A program made the translations under genes and the position numbers. The notes beneath the pieces were generated by a model. That model was given only the letters and a program-made list of their open reading frames with translations. It was not told the origin of the DNA and did not search any database. From the human T2T-CHM13v2.0 reference genome, Homo sapiens, in assembly GCF_009914755.1 (NCBI RefSeq), contig NC_060928.1: DNA of 64,000 bases, one strand, 5' to 3'. Below, piece by piece: positions 13,891 to 26,900 of this stretch (position 1 is the first letter of the stretch; the number at the start of each line of letters is the position of its first letter).

Positions 13891-13939
13891 ACGCACTGAA
13901 TGTTTCTCTTCATTCCTTTTCCCTTTATTGTCCTAGAAC

Positions 13940-14030
13940 AATTATTAAATAATTACTGAAACATTTTTCCACAGTTTGATTTCAGTAATTATTAAATAAT
14001 TACTGAAACATTTTTCCACAGTTTGATTTC
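13940..14030. repeat. Perfect 44-bp tandem duplication with a 3-bp (agt) spacer
   Basis: aattattaaataattactgaaacatttttccacagtttgatttc at 13940-13983 and 13987-14030. Confidence 0.95.
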
Positions 14031-14453
14031 TAACTCTCATTCCTTTATTCCTGTTTATTCTCTTTAAGAACCTCTATAAGAGGAAGTTCATTATTCTTGT
14101 CCATTATTGTAGTCTCACCTTCAGTGCAGTATCTGGAACATAGCAGACACTCAAGAACTATTTGGTCAAGAAACTTATTTCCATTTTTGCTGCTGTTGTT
14201 TTTATTCCTACTTTGTTTCTTTTCTCAGGTTATCCTGTTTCAAGACCTCTAATGGTCTGATCTAGGTCTCAGGGGTCCCCTCTGGCTTGTTTTCTTTCCC
14301 TAGCAGGTATAAAACAAATTATGGATGTTGTTAGTTAAGAGCTACACTTAAACAGATTAAAAATGAAGGAGAAATTTAGAAAAGAGCACAATTCATGATT
14401 TCACTAGTAAAATATTATTTTGTTTCTTTCTAAATTATGTAAATTATATCTAA

Positions 14454-14759
14454 GGCTGTGTACAGTTGCTCATGCCTGTAATCCTGGCACTTTGGGAGGC
14501 CGAGATAGGAGAATCACCTGGGGCCCGAGACCAGTTGGGCTGCAACATAGTGAGACCCTGTCTCTACAAATAAAAAATTAGCCAGACATGGTGGTGCATA
14601 CCTATAGTCCCAGCTACTTGGGAGGCTGAGGTGGGAGGATCACTTGAGCTCAGGAGTTTGAGGCTGAAGACCTATGATTGCACCCCTGCACTCCAGCCCT
14701 GGTGGCTGAGAGAGACCTTGTCTCTAAAAAATAAAAATAAAAATGAAAATAAAAATAAA
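14454..14759 (+). mobile_element. AluJ (Jb/Jo-like)
   Basis: Diverged dimer with J diagnostics (gggaggatcacttgag, caacatagtgagaccctgtctctac); (TAAAAA)n tail. Confidence 0.88.
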
Positions 14760-14766
14760 TTATACT

Positions 14767-15086
14767 CGTGCTGTCCGACATTATAACCACTAGGCATATG
14801 TAGCTATTGGTCACTTGATATGTGGCTAGTACAAATTGTGATGGGTCATTGTACAAAATATTCCAGATTTGAAGGCATTACTAACAAAAAAACCTAAAAT
14901 ATGTCATTATTAATTGAATATTATATGCTGAAAAGGTAATATTCTGGATACATTTAACAATTACTAAAATTAATTGCAACTTCTAAAATTTGTTTAATGT
15001 GGATACTAGATATTTAAAATCAAATATGTAGCTCCCTTTATAATTTATTATAATTATAATAAACAGTATTTGGATAGTACTGTTCT
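14767..15086. mobile_element. MER33 (hAT-Charlie MITE)
   Basis: gtgctgtccgacatt...accactaggcatatgtagcta...tatttggatagtactg with imperfect TIRs. Confidence 0.8.
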
Positions 15087-15104
15087 ATACTTTTGATACA
15101 CAGA

Positions 15105-15255
15105 GCAAGGACCTTAGATGATTTAGGTACGACTCAGTGTATTGGTAGGCATGTAAAATCTCAGGTCGTTTTTCAGGCCTATGAATAAAATTCTGTGTTT
15201 TAAGAAGATCCCCACATAATTTGAATGCATGCTGAAGTTTGCAAAATGCTGCTGT
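15105..15255. mobile_element. MER5-family (hAT-Charlie) fragment
   Basis: tgtgttttaagaagatccccacataatttgaatgcatgctgaagtttgcaaaatgctg. Confidence 0.65.
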
Positions 15256-18169
15256 ATATATTGTTGCTGTCTCCAAAGAGCAAGGTGTGATTTTGCCTTC
15301 GAACAATGACATATCCAACCTCATTTCCGATGTAATTCAGACTAAAATCTAAAAACTGCAAATCCTACAGTGATGCACAGAAAGGTTAATATCAAGTGTG
15401 AACCCAGCTTACAAGCCATAGTTCTGCATTTTCAACTACAAGGGTTCATGTGCCATACTTTGGAATTAGTGCAAGCAAAAGCCAGCTCACATTGCTTGTG
15501 CATTTTGTTACCTAGAGAGATTTGCATTTAGCAAATTTAGCTCAGCTGGCACTTATAAAAAAGCCATTGCCAGAATGCCTGAGAAATTTAGTCTCTTGTA
15601 TGGTACTTAGAGTGGTCAGCAGGAATGTTAGCAGACAACATCTCATTTTTGCAATTAATCTGCTTTATCACTACAGTGTAATTTAAAAGAATTTTGTCTA
15701 GCAGGAGTCTTTTTATTTGCTGGGTTGTGATTTTTTCCAGGTTATATGTTATTCCCATGCTAATATTTGCCTTAATAATAATGTGTGGACTTTAATATAA
15801 ATATGATTTTGCAGCAGCATATTAATTACAAATATGTTGCAATAACTTCAAGAACCCAATTTTTGACTATTTTATCTTTACATTTGATTTATTAGTTTTG
15901 TAGATTCTTGATTTGTTTAGATAGGGTTGGGAGAGTAGAGTTCCTTTTTAAAAATATTAAGTCTATGTAAACATAGTCATGCCATCTACTTATTTGCACT
16001 TGAGGTTCAGAAAAAAAATGTTATGAGAATTTAAAATTTTGACTTAATTAATTTATTTGTATAATATTTTACCTTAAAAATAATTGAAGATAATTGTGAT
16101 ATATCATATAGATCACATTTCACCATTTAATATGATTCAGTACTTAGGCAATGGAAGCAGAATTTAGAAACCTCTCTTTATTGGAATTGAATTATATTAA
16201 AAGAAATGAAAAATAAGTTATTAACACATTTCCTAGAATATGCATCCCTTATATATTTGTTGTTATGTAGTAGAGGCTGTCATTTATCAATTACCCTCTG
16301 TAGTAGACAGAACTAGGTTTTAGGAGTCATAATTTTTATCATTTGTTTTGTTTTTCACAATACAAATGTGCAAATGTCAAACTCCTAGAAAAATACATTA
16401 TTCTTCATATATATTATATCAATGATATAAAAACTGAGAATTATTAGACCTATGTGCAATGTAGAAAAGCATTGAAACTCATTTCAAACATAGCATAAAT
16501 GTATTCAAAGCATTATTGAGGAAGAATGAATAATATGGGTTTGAAAATGTGGCAAATTATCCCAAAAATATGTAGCTACTTACCCAGCTGGCATCATGGC
16601 CACACAAACAAAACACTGTTCCCACATTGTTTCACTTACTTTCCATGGCAAGTCTCAAGGGCAGTCATATCTTCATTCTTATATTAAAGCTGAATTTCAG
16701 AAAAGCCAAGCAAATTACCCAAGGGCAAATAGGTAACTGAAATAAAAAGTATAATTCATTTCTGTCTCATTTCAATGTTGATAATTTGCTCATTACCCAT
16801 GCCTCAATACCAGTCAAAACTCAATATTTCTGTATCTTTGGTGTCATTTTAAAATACTTCCAGTATGTATGTATAATTTAGTAGGAAAGTTTGCTGAATT
16901 ATACCTATATATATGTGTGTGTGTGCATACGTCTTAAGATATTGACAGTCCCAATAGAATAATAATTATTTAGTTCATTTTTCATAAAACATTAAAATCA
17001 CTGCCAAAGTCACTGATGTAAACACTTTGTGACATAATAACCACTCTGTTCCTTAGATGTAGCAGTTAATGCGTGCGTATTATTGATCATTATCTAGTTG
17101 TAACAGTAAAAGTAATTGTACACTTGAGTAATTCTTGTAATTATTATTAGATGTATTCCATGTCTACACTTGTAAATGTGGAAAGCATCAATAGTTCAAA
17201 AGTTTTAATCAAGGGCAGAGAGATTATATCTGCGGCTAACCCTCATTTCCAAGGCCTCCATCTCTTTATATTGTATCTTTATGGATTAAAAGTTAATGCA
17301 GTTTCTCAGTGCCTGCATCACCAACAAATCACATACAGTGAGTTGAAGCTGGATTTGTGGGAACAATTACTGTTGGTTGTATTTATTATATAAATACATT
17401 TGATGATTCCCAACAGTTCTGGAGAGACATGGTCGTAATAATTCAGGAAAATATTGGGAATGCATTCTCTAAAAACACAGCTAATCAATACAATATAGAG
17501 ACTAATAACAAAATGAATAACTTTTTAAAAATTATTTCCATTTTAATTCTTTGTTAAACTGGGAAAACGCACATCTATGCAGATCAACAACTGTAAATGA
17601 TTTTAAATTGTGCAATGTGGAAGTGAACGTTGCTGAGTTTGCCCAGGACAAACTGTGCTGACATATGGGAAATTTAGTTTATTTCAGTTTTTACAGAAAA
17701 GTATCTTCACAGTCTAAAGTACTGGTAAAAAAAAAAAAAAAAGAAAAAAGAAAAAGGTGACTCAGGAATCAACACCTATATGTGATAAGTAGGAGTCTCA
17801 TTTTTACTCCCCTACTCAACTTTCTCTCTGTTAGATGTGATAATGAACTGTGAAATGGTCAAAATGAGAGGAAGAAAAAAGGATGCGGCTAATTTCCAAA
17901 CTAGATAGTGTCAAATTCAGAGTTGTCTACAGTAACATTAGCTCTTGATATTTGTGATAAACATGTGATGTTGCAAAGTATATAATATTACCAGTTGAAT
18001 AGATGTAGTTATATGAATATTACATGTAAATTTCTTTTAATCATTTTAGATTTAAAAAGTTGAGGTACGTTCAGATTAATTTATGAAAATGTCATTTTAG
18101 CAATGACATATTATTTGAGTGATTAAAAATTACTCAAATTCAATTGAATAACCTACATAAGTTCTAAAA

Positions 18170-18400
18170 TCATCAGAATAATTCTTCACACTTCCCATTT
18201 TATCAGTTTACACACCTGATTTGGTCCCAAATTCTGATTCTTCTGCTCTGCCCTTTCATCCTCACCATCAATGCCTTAGTTCATTTTCTCATCATCTTTC
18301 ACCAGGATTTTTGCAATAGTCTTCTGCCTCCTCTCAAACATTCTTTACTCATTTGATTCCCCACATTGCCTCCATGGACATTCAGATTCCACTTATTGTA
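18170..18400 (+). mobile_element. L2 fragment
   Basis: Pyrimidine-rich L2 body (ctcatcatctttcaccaggatttttgcaatagtcttct). Confidence 0.5.
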
Positions 18401-18868
18401 AAGTCTGCTTTTTCATAGTTCTTTGGCTAAGGTGTTGTGTAGGGTAATAAAGAGAGAAATAAAATAATAATAGATGTTAAGCAGAGCCATGTATTAAAAG
18501 TTGCAGATTATTTTAAGAAATAATTTCTACTTTTTTAATTTAACAAACACTCATTAAGACTCATTAACCGTTCTCATTAACCTTTAGAGGATACATAAAT
18601 TATACTATATATCCTATTCTGAAGACCTCCAAGTAGAGAGGAAGCATGTATTATTGCCAATGCCAAAAAATAGAAACTATGTATCAAACTGGGTCAGCTC
18701 TGATTATAGGAAGCCAAGTATCTACCGTCAATCAGAGATAGGAAGGAAAATCTCCCTCATGTGAAAACTAATGGTGGTTTTAGGAATATTCCTATCTGGG
18801 AGTGGATGGAGAAGAGTGTATCAATTAAATAAAGTGATTTGGCACACAAAATACAACAATATTGATAT

Positions 18869-19174
18869 ATAACAGAATACAAGAGGATGGGTAATTAATC
18901 ATGAACAGAAATTTATTTCCTACGTTTGCTCTTGGAAAATCCAAGAGCAAGTTCCCAGCACCTGGAGAGGAACTTTTTACTGTGTCATTACATGGCTGAA
19001 GGTGAAAGGGCATGCAGGAGTCAGTTCCATTTTTAAGTGCCTTTTTAAGGTTACCTAAGCCCATTCACAAGAAAGGAACCCTCATGATCTATTCAGCTCT
19101 TAATGGCCCCACCTCTTAATGTCATCACATTAGCAATACCTGAATTTTGGTGAGGACATATTCAAACCACAGCA
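18869..19174 (-). mobile_element. MST/MLT1A-type MaLR LTR (partial)
   Basis: ataacagaatac...gaaatttatttc...ggccccacctcttaat...ggacatattcaaaccacagca. Confidence 0.78.
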
Positions 19175-20209
19175 GTAATCTCATGATGCATTTACATCAT
19201 TTGACATATCTCATTTTTTTGTCTTCAAATTATCAAATATTCTTTTATAAACATATAGTATATGATTATGAAATTTTCATAATTTCTAATTCATTTTAGT
19301 CTCATAAGCAAGAAGGAATAATTCATTATTATAATTTCTTATATATTTCAGTTAGAACCCTTTAAGATGGAAAACACCTATAGTTAGTGCCTACATAGAT
19401 AAATTAAGTAGAAATAAGTCAAGTTTTACAGATTTGCCTTATTTGCCTCCTCTTCTAACTCCAACTGTCCAATTAGTCTCTACTATAAGGGCACACTGAA
19501 ATAAAGGTAGGAAGGCTTTACTGTCAGAACTCTGTATATGTTTATTTTATGTCAATGCTAAGGGGGTTCTTTTAGGTCTAGTGAACTAATAGAAAACAAA
19601 ACTAAACTTGAAGAAAGAAGCAATAGCCTGTAATAGGACAGAGACTGGGATTTTGTGCCGATAACTCAACATGTAACTTTGGACAGGGTACATAATCTCT
19701 TTGGCCCTCAGTGTTTTTGATTGATAAAATAAGAAACTTCAATTTGATCATCTGTGATGTTTCTTCTAATTCAAATAAAGTACAGCTATAAATATTTTTC
19801 ATAATGAACCAAAATTGACTTTCACAATTAGCCAGTTTACATGATATATAAAAACATTGTCATCCTTCTATTTTTCTCATATGTACTTGTCTCTTTTTTC
19901 TAAATTACTGGAAACTCATACTATTCCTCTACTACATTTTTCCTCTGCCACCATAGAGTTACATCAGTCTTTGAACAGAAACAGAAAGTGCAGAAAGCCT
20001 GTCACTAACGTGACCTCCTCACAGATTTTGAATTATTACCTCAAGAAGAGGGAAAGTTGGAACAGCTTATATCATTGCAGAAAGATATTTTACCTGTCTA
20101 CATACAATTTTTCTGTGATATAGCTTGTTTACTCTTTGTTAGAGAAAGACTGGCTTGTATCTTTGTGTCTTGGACACAGTACAGTTGCTCCATCATTTGC
20201 AGTACAGCT

Positions 20210-20370
20210 AATACTCATTTGGGTACCATGCATGGATACATCTATTATCTCACTTTGTTTTCACCATAAACCTCCGAGGTAGAGATGACCATTTTCCTCA
20301 TTTCGAGTAAGGAATCCATGGCCAAGAGAAGTGAATAGCCTACTGATTCCATTAGCTAAACTAAAGACTA
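20210..20370 (-). mobile_element. MIR fragment
   Basis: acagctaatactcattt...aggtagag...ccattttcctcatttcgagtaaggaa. Confidence 0.45.
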
Positions 20371-20379
20371 TTTGAATTT

Positions 20380-20905
20380 CACCAGATGTCCTTTTCTGTT
20401 CTAGAATCTGACATTGCACATTGTGTTTGGTCTCTGGAGTCTCCTCCAATATTCAACTTCTTTTTTTTTTTTTCCCAGTCTTGACAATTTTAATGAGTAG
20501 TAGTCAGCTAGCTTCTTTGTTGAGTCTTTTTCAATATTAGCTTTAAAATTAAATTTGGATTATACAGTATGGGCAATAAAATATCATAGAAATGATATTT
20601 TTTCTCTCACTGCTTCTTGGTAGGACTACATAATATTAACAAGTCTTATTACTGATTGTATTAACCTTGACTAACTACGTTTAACAGTTTTTCTTTACTG
20701 TAACACTGTGATTCTCCTCTTTGTATTGGAAAAACATATGAGGGGGAAGTTTTTGAGACTGTAACAACAGCCTGATACCTTGTTTCTCCTCAAATGTTTG
20801 CTCACTGATTTCAGCATCCAATGATAGTCTCATCTGCAACAATTATTACCGTGGTTTTTGCCAAATGATATTTTATTTTTATAATTTCTTATATATTTAA
20901 TCCAA
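20380..20905 (-). mobile_element. L1MC/MD 3' fragment
   Basis: gtccttttctgttctagaatc, ttgacaattttaatgagtagtagtcag, ctgattttagcatcca-type motifs of antisense old L1. Confidence 0.6.
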
Positions 20906-20916
20906 AATAAGGGTAA

Positions 20917-21227
20917 TTTTTTTTTTTTTTTTGAGACGGAGTCTCGCTCTGTCTCCCAGGCTGGACTGCAGTGGCGCGATCTCAGCTCACTGCAAGCTCC
21001 GCCTCCCGGGTTCCCGCCATTCTTCTGCCTCAGCCTCAGCTGAGGACTGGCCTCAGCTGCGACTACAGGCGCCCGCCACCATGCCGGGCTAAATTTTTTT
21101 GTATTTTTTAGTAGAGACGGGGTTTCACCGTGTTAGCCAGGATGGTCTCGATCTCCTGACGTCGTGATCTGCCCGCCTCAGCCTCCCAAAGTGCTGGGAT
21201 TACAGGCGTAAGCCACCGCGTCCGGCC
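20917..21227 (-). mobile_element. AluY with an internal palindromic rearrangement
   Basis: ctgcaagctccgcctcccggg, tgttagccaggatggtctcgatctcctgac; many CpGs retained. Confidence 0.95.
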
Positions 21228-22254
21228 GGTAAAAATATTTTTTATATGGTCTCCTTTATCTCTAGTCAACGTTCTTCTCTCCCCTCTTCTCTCCTGAAAG
21301 CATGACAAAAAAATGATTTACTGCATGATTTTTATTTCCAGAATGAATGAAGGTAACATTTTTGATGACTTTGTCCTTTAAAGGGGTTAAGATATTACAC
21401 TCTTTTCAATACCCAAAGGCGAACTGTAACATTCCCACAAATTTGAGAAATATTCCGCTTATGATTGAGTCAGATGTTGTCACTCAGCCACAAGTTATCT
21501 TCCAGAGTTTGAACTTCCTATTGAAGTTATACATCAATTATAGAAGCTGACTGAAATATTGCCATAGATTATATATGTGATAGGTTCTACATCTGAGGAG
21601 GAAAGCATCTATAATACATTTTCATTAAAGCAGCTCTCAATTCACCGTCTGCTTAATTCCTACATTCTCATGCATATAACTTATGAGCAGTTTTCAAAAA
21701 ATGAAAGAAAATTGAAAATGTAGCACAGCCAAGGCATGCATTGGTGGAACAGGTAAAATTGATTTTTATATTTGCTTGGGGACATGGATCACTTCCCTGA
21801 ATCTGGTTTGCATTGATCAGTGTTGATGGACTATAGATTAAATGTCATACATAAGCCCCCATTTTCAAATTCATTATCCTCAAGGGAAAAGTATCTGAAG
21901 AAGGATGGACTATATTTATAATCCATGCCAATATCAAGATGAAATTTGATACATCTGAAAGTGAGAAACTCTAGGAAGAATACTATTTGTATTAATAAGA
22001 GGTAAAATATTTTCAATAAAGAGTCTATTTTTTGATTAAATCAGCCAATAAGTCAAGAAAAAGTGAAAAATATATGTGTTGAGGGTCTACTTTATACCTC
22101 TCTGCACAATGAGATATAGGGTTTAACCACAGAAATTCTTTCTATTTAAATGTTGGTCATGGTAGGCACAGGAAAACAAGGAAAGTGGCAAATACTGAAA
22201 GTCAGGGTTACTTCCTCCCAACCCTAGAAAACTACTTTGGTAGCACACCACTGG

Positions 22255-22420
22255 CGAATAGTGTAGCAATGTTAACTTTCTGGTTTCCATGATTGTGCTA
22301 AGGTTGTGTAATTTATTAATATAAAGGAATGCTGCCTAGGGGGTATATATGAACTGTGCACTGTATTTGCAACTTTCCTGTAAGTCTAAAATTATTTCAA
22401 AATACAGACTTTTTTAAAAA
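22255..22420 (+). mobile_element. L1ME/MC 3' end fragment
   Basis: atgttaactttctgg...tttgcaactttcctgtaagtctaaaattatttcaaaata. Confidence 0.65.
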
Positions 22421-23126
22421 GCTGTAACAGAACAGGACTAAATATTATAAATACTGTATAACAATAAAATAATTTATATTTTTAAGTTCTTATGTTCTGA
22501 AGATAACGTAAAGATAAATAAAGTCCTTGTCCTCAAAGATTCATTGCTTAACATAGTTGAGAGCTCTTAGAAAATGTGGACAGCTTGGTGAGTTGACAGA
22601 AACTGAGTGGTATAGGGTCTTTCCTTCCTTCTTTTTGTCCCCCAAAAGCCTCAAACCTGAAATATTCCAGGAGTTAATAGAAAAATAATGTATACCCTTG
22701 AACAAAGTTTTATGTGTGAAATTTCAGAGTAGATTCTTAACAAAGGATGGAAACTGTGCAAATATTATTGTGTCTATTTATAACTGATTTACATTAATTT
22801 TCATTTATCAAGTACTGATTTTTTGCCAGCTCTCCTGGTTCAGAAAGGAAATTACTGTTATACTAAACTTACGAGTAAGAAATCAGAATCTCTAAAATAC
22901 GGTGACTGATAAAATTTTTTTTTAGTAATGGGAAATGGAACTAAGATTTGAACTTCCTCACCATTAAAGAAGGTACAGGCAATGTTGATAGCCACAGCAC
23001 AAGACAGAAGGGTAACTCTTCATGTAATGGCTTCACTGAGAAATTGTAGTGCAGCCTAAATGGTGTACACTCAGTGAAATTGCCAGAACAGTGAGGTTCC
23101 TTTGTTTCAACAACTATTATTTATAA

Positions 23127-23331
23127 TGTTGTGGGGGTGGGAGGAGGGGAGAGGGATAGCATTAGGGAGATATACCTAATGTTAAATGATGAGTTAATGG
23201 GTGCAGCACACCAACATGGCACATGTATATATATGTAACAAACCTGCACGTTGTGCACATGTACCCTAAAACTTAAAGTATAATTAAAAAAAAATAAAAA
23301 TAAGAAATAAATAAATGAAAAGAAAAAATAA
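23127..23331 (+). mobile_element. Young L1PA (about L1PA3-5) 3' terminal ~200 bp
   Basis: gggatagcattagg...gagttaatgggtgcagcacaccaacatggcacatg...taccctaaaacttaaagtataa plus A-tail. Confidence 0.92.
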
Positions 23332-23744
23332 ATCCTATTGATGCTAGAAAAAGTAATTATAGTTTTTTCTTCTAATGAGATGATATGGTTTTTGAAATAT
23401 TTTATTGAATGAATTTAGACTTAGAGATTGTCATTTTTTTCAGAATATTAAAACAAAAAAATATATACTTGTAGAACTTGGCAAATGCCAACTCTCTCTA
23501 ATTATAACTGTTAAAATACAAATACTATATGGTACCGAGAATGGGAGTAATAAGGCAATATTTAATTAGATATCTGCTAATATCACATAGATGTTATGTT
23601 TTGTGCTTCCTCATGAGATGTTTGAGGGATTTCAGTGATATGACATTTTTTCTTCAGTGCATATTGTGTTACAGACTTAAAATTTACATTAATTGATCAA
23701 TTCAATTATTTATTTATTCAATTCATTTATTCAATAACTATTCA

Positions 23745-24300
23745 TATTGGTTATCTATGGCTGTGTCACACATTATTCCAAAATTCAGCAACTTAAAACC
23801 ACAAACATATTACCTTATAGTTTTTTTGAGTTAAAAATCCAGGAATGGCTCAGCTGGGTGCTTCTGGCTCAGGGTTCATTACAGAAGCTATAATCCAGAT
23901 ATCAGTAAGGGCTTCAGCCATCTCAAGGCTCAACTGGGGAAGCATCAACTCTTAAGCTCAAACAGGTGGTAGGCAGGGTTTTGCTCTTCAAGGACTGTTG
24001 TACTAAGGCTTCAGTTCCTTGCTGCTTGGTGGCTGAAAACCAGTGTGAATCGCTCTCTAAGGCAGTTCACTACATAGCAACTGATTTCCTTGAGTGTGGG
24101 CAAGTCAGACAGCAAGAAAAAGGAAGCAAGACAAAAGCCAGACTCTTCTTGTAATCTAATCTTGGAAGTGGCATCCCTTATTTCTGCTATATTTTATCCA
24201 TTAGAAACAGGTCACTAGATCCAGATCTCACTTGAAGAGAGAGGATTGCACAACCATGAATCAGAGATCATTGGGGACAATCCTACAGGCTGCTTATCAT
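23745..24300 (-). mobile_element. MLT1F-type MaLR LTR, within an L2 fragment (~23700-24570)
   Basis: tattggttatctatggctgtgt...ggctcagctgggtgcttctggctcaggg...gatcattggggacaatcct. Confidence 0.72.
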
Positions 24301-24689
24301 GGTATTTATTACATTTTAACTGGATTACCCAATTTATAGACACGAAAAAGATTGATCATGGTTTTATGGAATGGCTTAACTTATGGTCCCTATCCTAGAA
24401 GTAATTAAAATCCCTGGAAGAATATAGAAAAATAAATGGATAAATTCTAACAATAATATGATAAATAGCATAATTGTGGAATAAACAAACTGACAAAGGA
24501 AAACATGTGGTGTGTTATTCACTCTATTTGGGAACTGTAAGGTCTAAAGAGAAAATGGCATAACTGATACATGAAGAGAAACAGCCTCATAATTAGTATC
24601 AAGGTATTCTGTGTTTCCTATAATATTTTAGGTCAACTTCAATTTCTAAACATATAAACAATGATCTTTAAGTATATATAAAAATCCCT

Positions 24690-25199
<510 letters not shown>

Positions 25200-25887
25200 T
25201 CAAGGTTTGCATCCCAATAAAAAAAAGGTACGATAGGTTTTAAGCTGTATAAGTGAATGTATAACTAGTATTTGATGTCATTTTACTAATTATCAACACA
25301 GCTGCTCTGGTCTGAAATTTTTAATGTCATGACAGAGCTAATTTTAATAAAAGGTAACATTTTATGACCCCAAATAAATTACACACCAATATATGCATCT
25401 GCTGCACTAAAGTACCATAATATTAACCTGTTAACAATTGAGCCAAAATCTTTCACACAATTCATCATAATTTATCTGGGTGACATATGACTTTCAGATG
25501 CTACATCTCTTTACTGAATGTTTTGAAAATTGAGCTAAGACAAAAACATCCGTTTATATGAAAGAAAGAAAAAACATACAGAAATATTGTAAGATTCTAA
25601 GAACATTTATTTAAAATGTTCACTTTATTAAGAACTAGGCATCAGGAATTGAAAGAAAAACCTAGATGGGAGGAATTTACTGAAATCTCCGTGTTAAAAA
25701 AGAGAGCATAGCACTTGTCTGGCTTTGGAAAATACTTTCACAGTAATCAAACAAAATAAAGACATTTGATAGCAAACACTTGGAAGTGGAAATAGGCTAA
25801 GTTCTTTAATTTTTTATGTAACCTTCTTTATGTTGGTGTATAGCAAAAATACATGGGTCCAAAATAGAGTGGCATTCATCTTAACAT

Positions 25888-25891
<4 letters not shown>

Positions 25892-25936
<45 letters not shown>

Positions 25937-25972
25937 TATATGTATATATATATGTACGTAGATATGTGTGTG

Positions 25973-26011
<39 letters not shown>

Positions 26012-26012
26012 A
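25892..26012. repeat. Compound (TG)n-(TA)n-(TG)n microsatellite
   Basis: Seen directly; first (TG) run is about 22 units. Confidence 0.95.
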
Positions 26013-26015
26013 TAA

Positions 26016-26296
26016 TTTTTTTTGAGATAGAGTCTTGATCTGTCACCCAGGTTGGCTCACTGCCACCTGGGTTCAAGTGATTCTCCTGGGTTCAAGAGAT
26101 TCTCCTGTCAGCCTCCTGAGTAGCTGGGATTACAGGTGCACGCCACCACATCCTACTAATTTTTGTATTTTTAGTAGAGACGGTGCGGGGATTCATCACG
26201 TTAGCCAGGCTGGTGTTGAACTCCTGACTACAGGTGATCTACCCGCCTCAGCTTCCCAAAGTGCTGGGATGACAGGGGTGAGCCACCACACCCATC
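26016..26296 (-). mobile_element. AluS with an internal deletion and a 19-bp tandem duplication
   Basis: Antisense Alu; cctgggttcaag(t/a)gattct at 26066-26084 and 26085-26103. Confidence 0.9.
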
Positions 26297-26659
26297 ACAT
26301 TTTCTGGCCATTTTTAATGTGTTAGTAAATGCTACGTATATTTACATTGCAAATATTATACCCTGTATCATGATAATTTGAAATGACTGAAGAAAAAAAA
26401 ATGAAGTCCAATACTTTCACAGACACAGAGACCTAAATGAAAGAACAAAAGATGACAGCCCTAGAAACGGATTTGATGGTGACTACTGAAAATATACAAA
26501 CACAATTTCCATTGCCCTCTAGAAAAGTAAAAACATAAGCATGATAGCTCTAAAAAAGACAAGTCTGAATGTACTTTAGTTCAAATTATTCTAGCACACA
26601 TATTGTAGTATTGTTACTAAAGAATACTATAACAAAATTACTATTATGAAAAGTGGGCA

Positions 26660-26900
26660 ATAATGATGATAATGGTAGCCATCTTGAATGTCAGCTCAAT
26701 ATGCCAAGAATTACACTAAACTCTTTATATATTTTCTGCATTACGGACAATGACTCTGTGAATAGGGTATTATTGTTTCATTATTTTTTATGAATTTAAA
26801 TTACCTGAGATTTATGAATATTAAGCATTAACCCAAGTCACACAGAGAATTGGTGTGAAACCCTGACTTTGTTTAAATTTTAAAGCTCAGAATCTTGCAG
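26660..26900 (-). mobile_element. MIR
   Basis: taatgatgataatggtagcc...aacccaagtcacacag. Confidence 0.5.

Noticed and set aside
20020-20270. Exon-like stretch (cag|attttgaattattacctcaagaagaggg...)
   Set aside because: Weak acceptor, no convincing donor, runs into a MIR, and the peptide is not recognisable
23131-23160. G-quadruplex-like G-runs (also ~10372-10393, ~36493-36516)
   Set aside because: Standard G-rich tract of L1 3'UTRs
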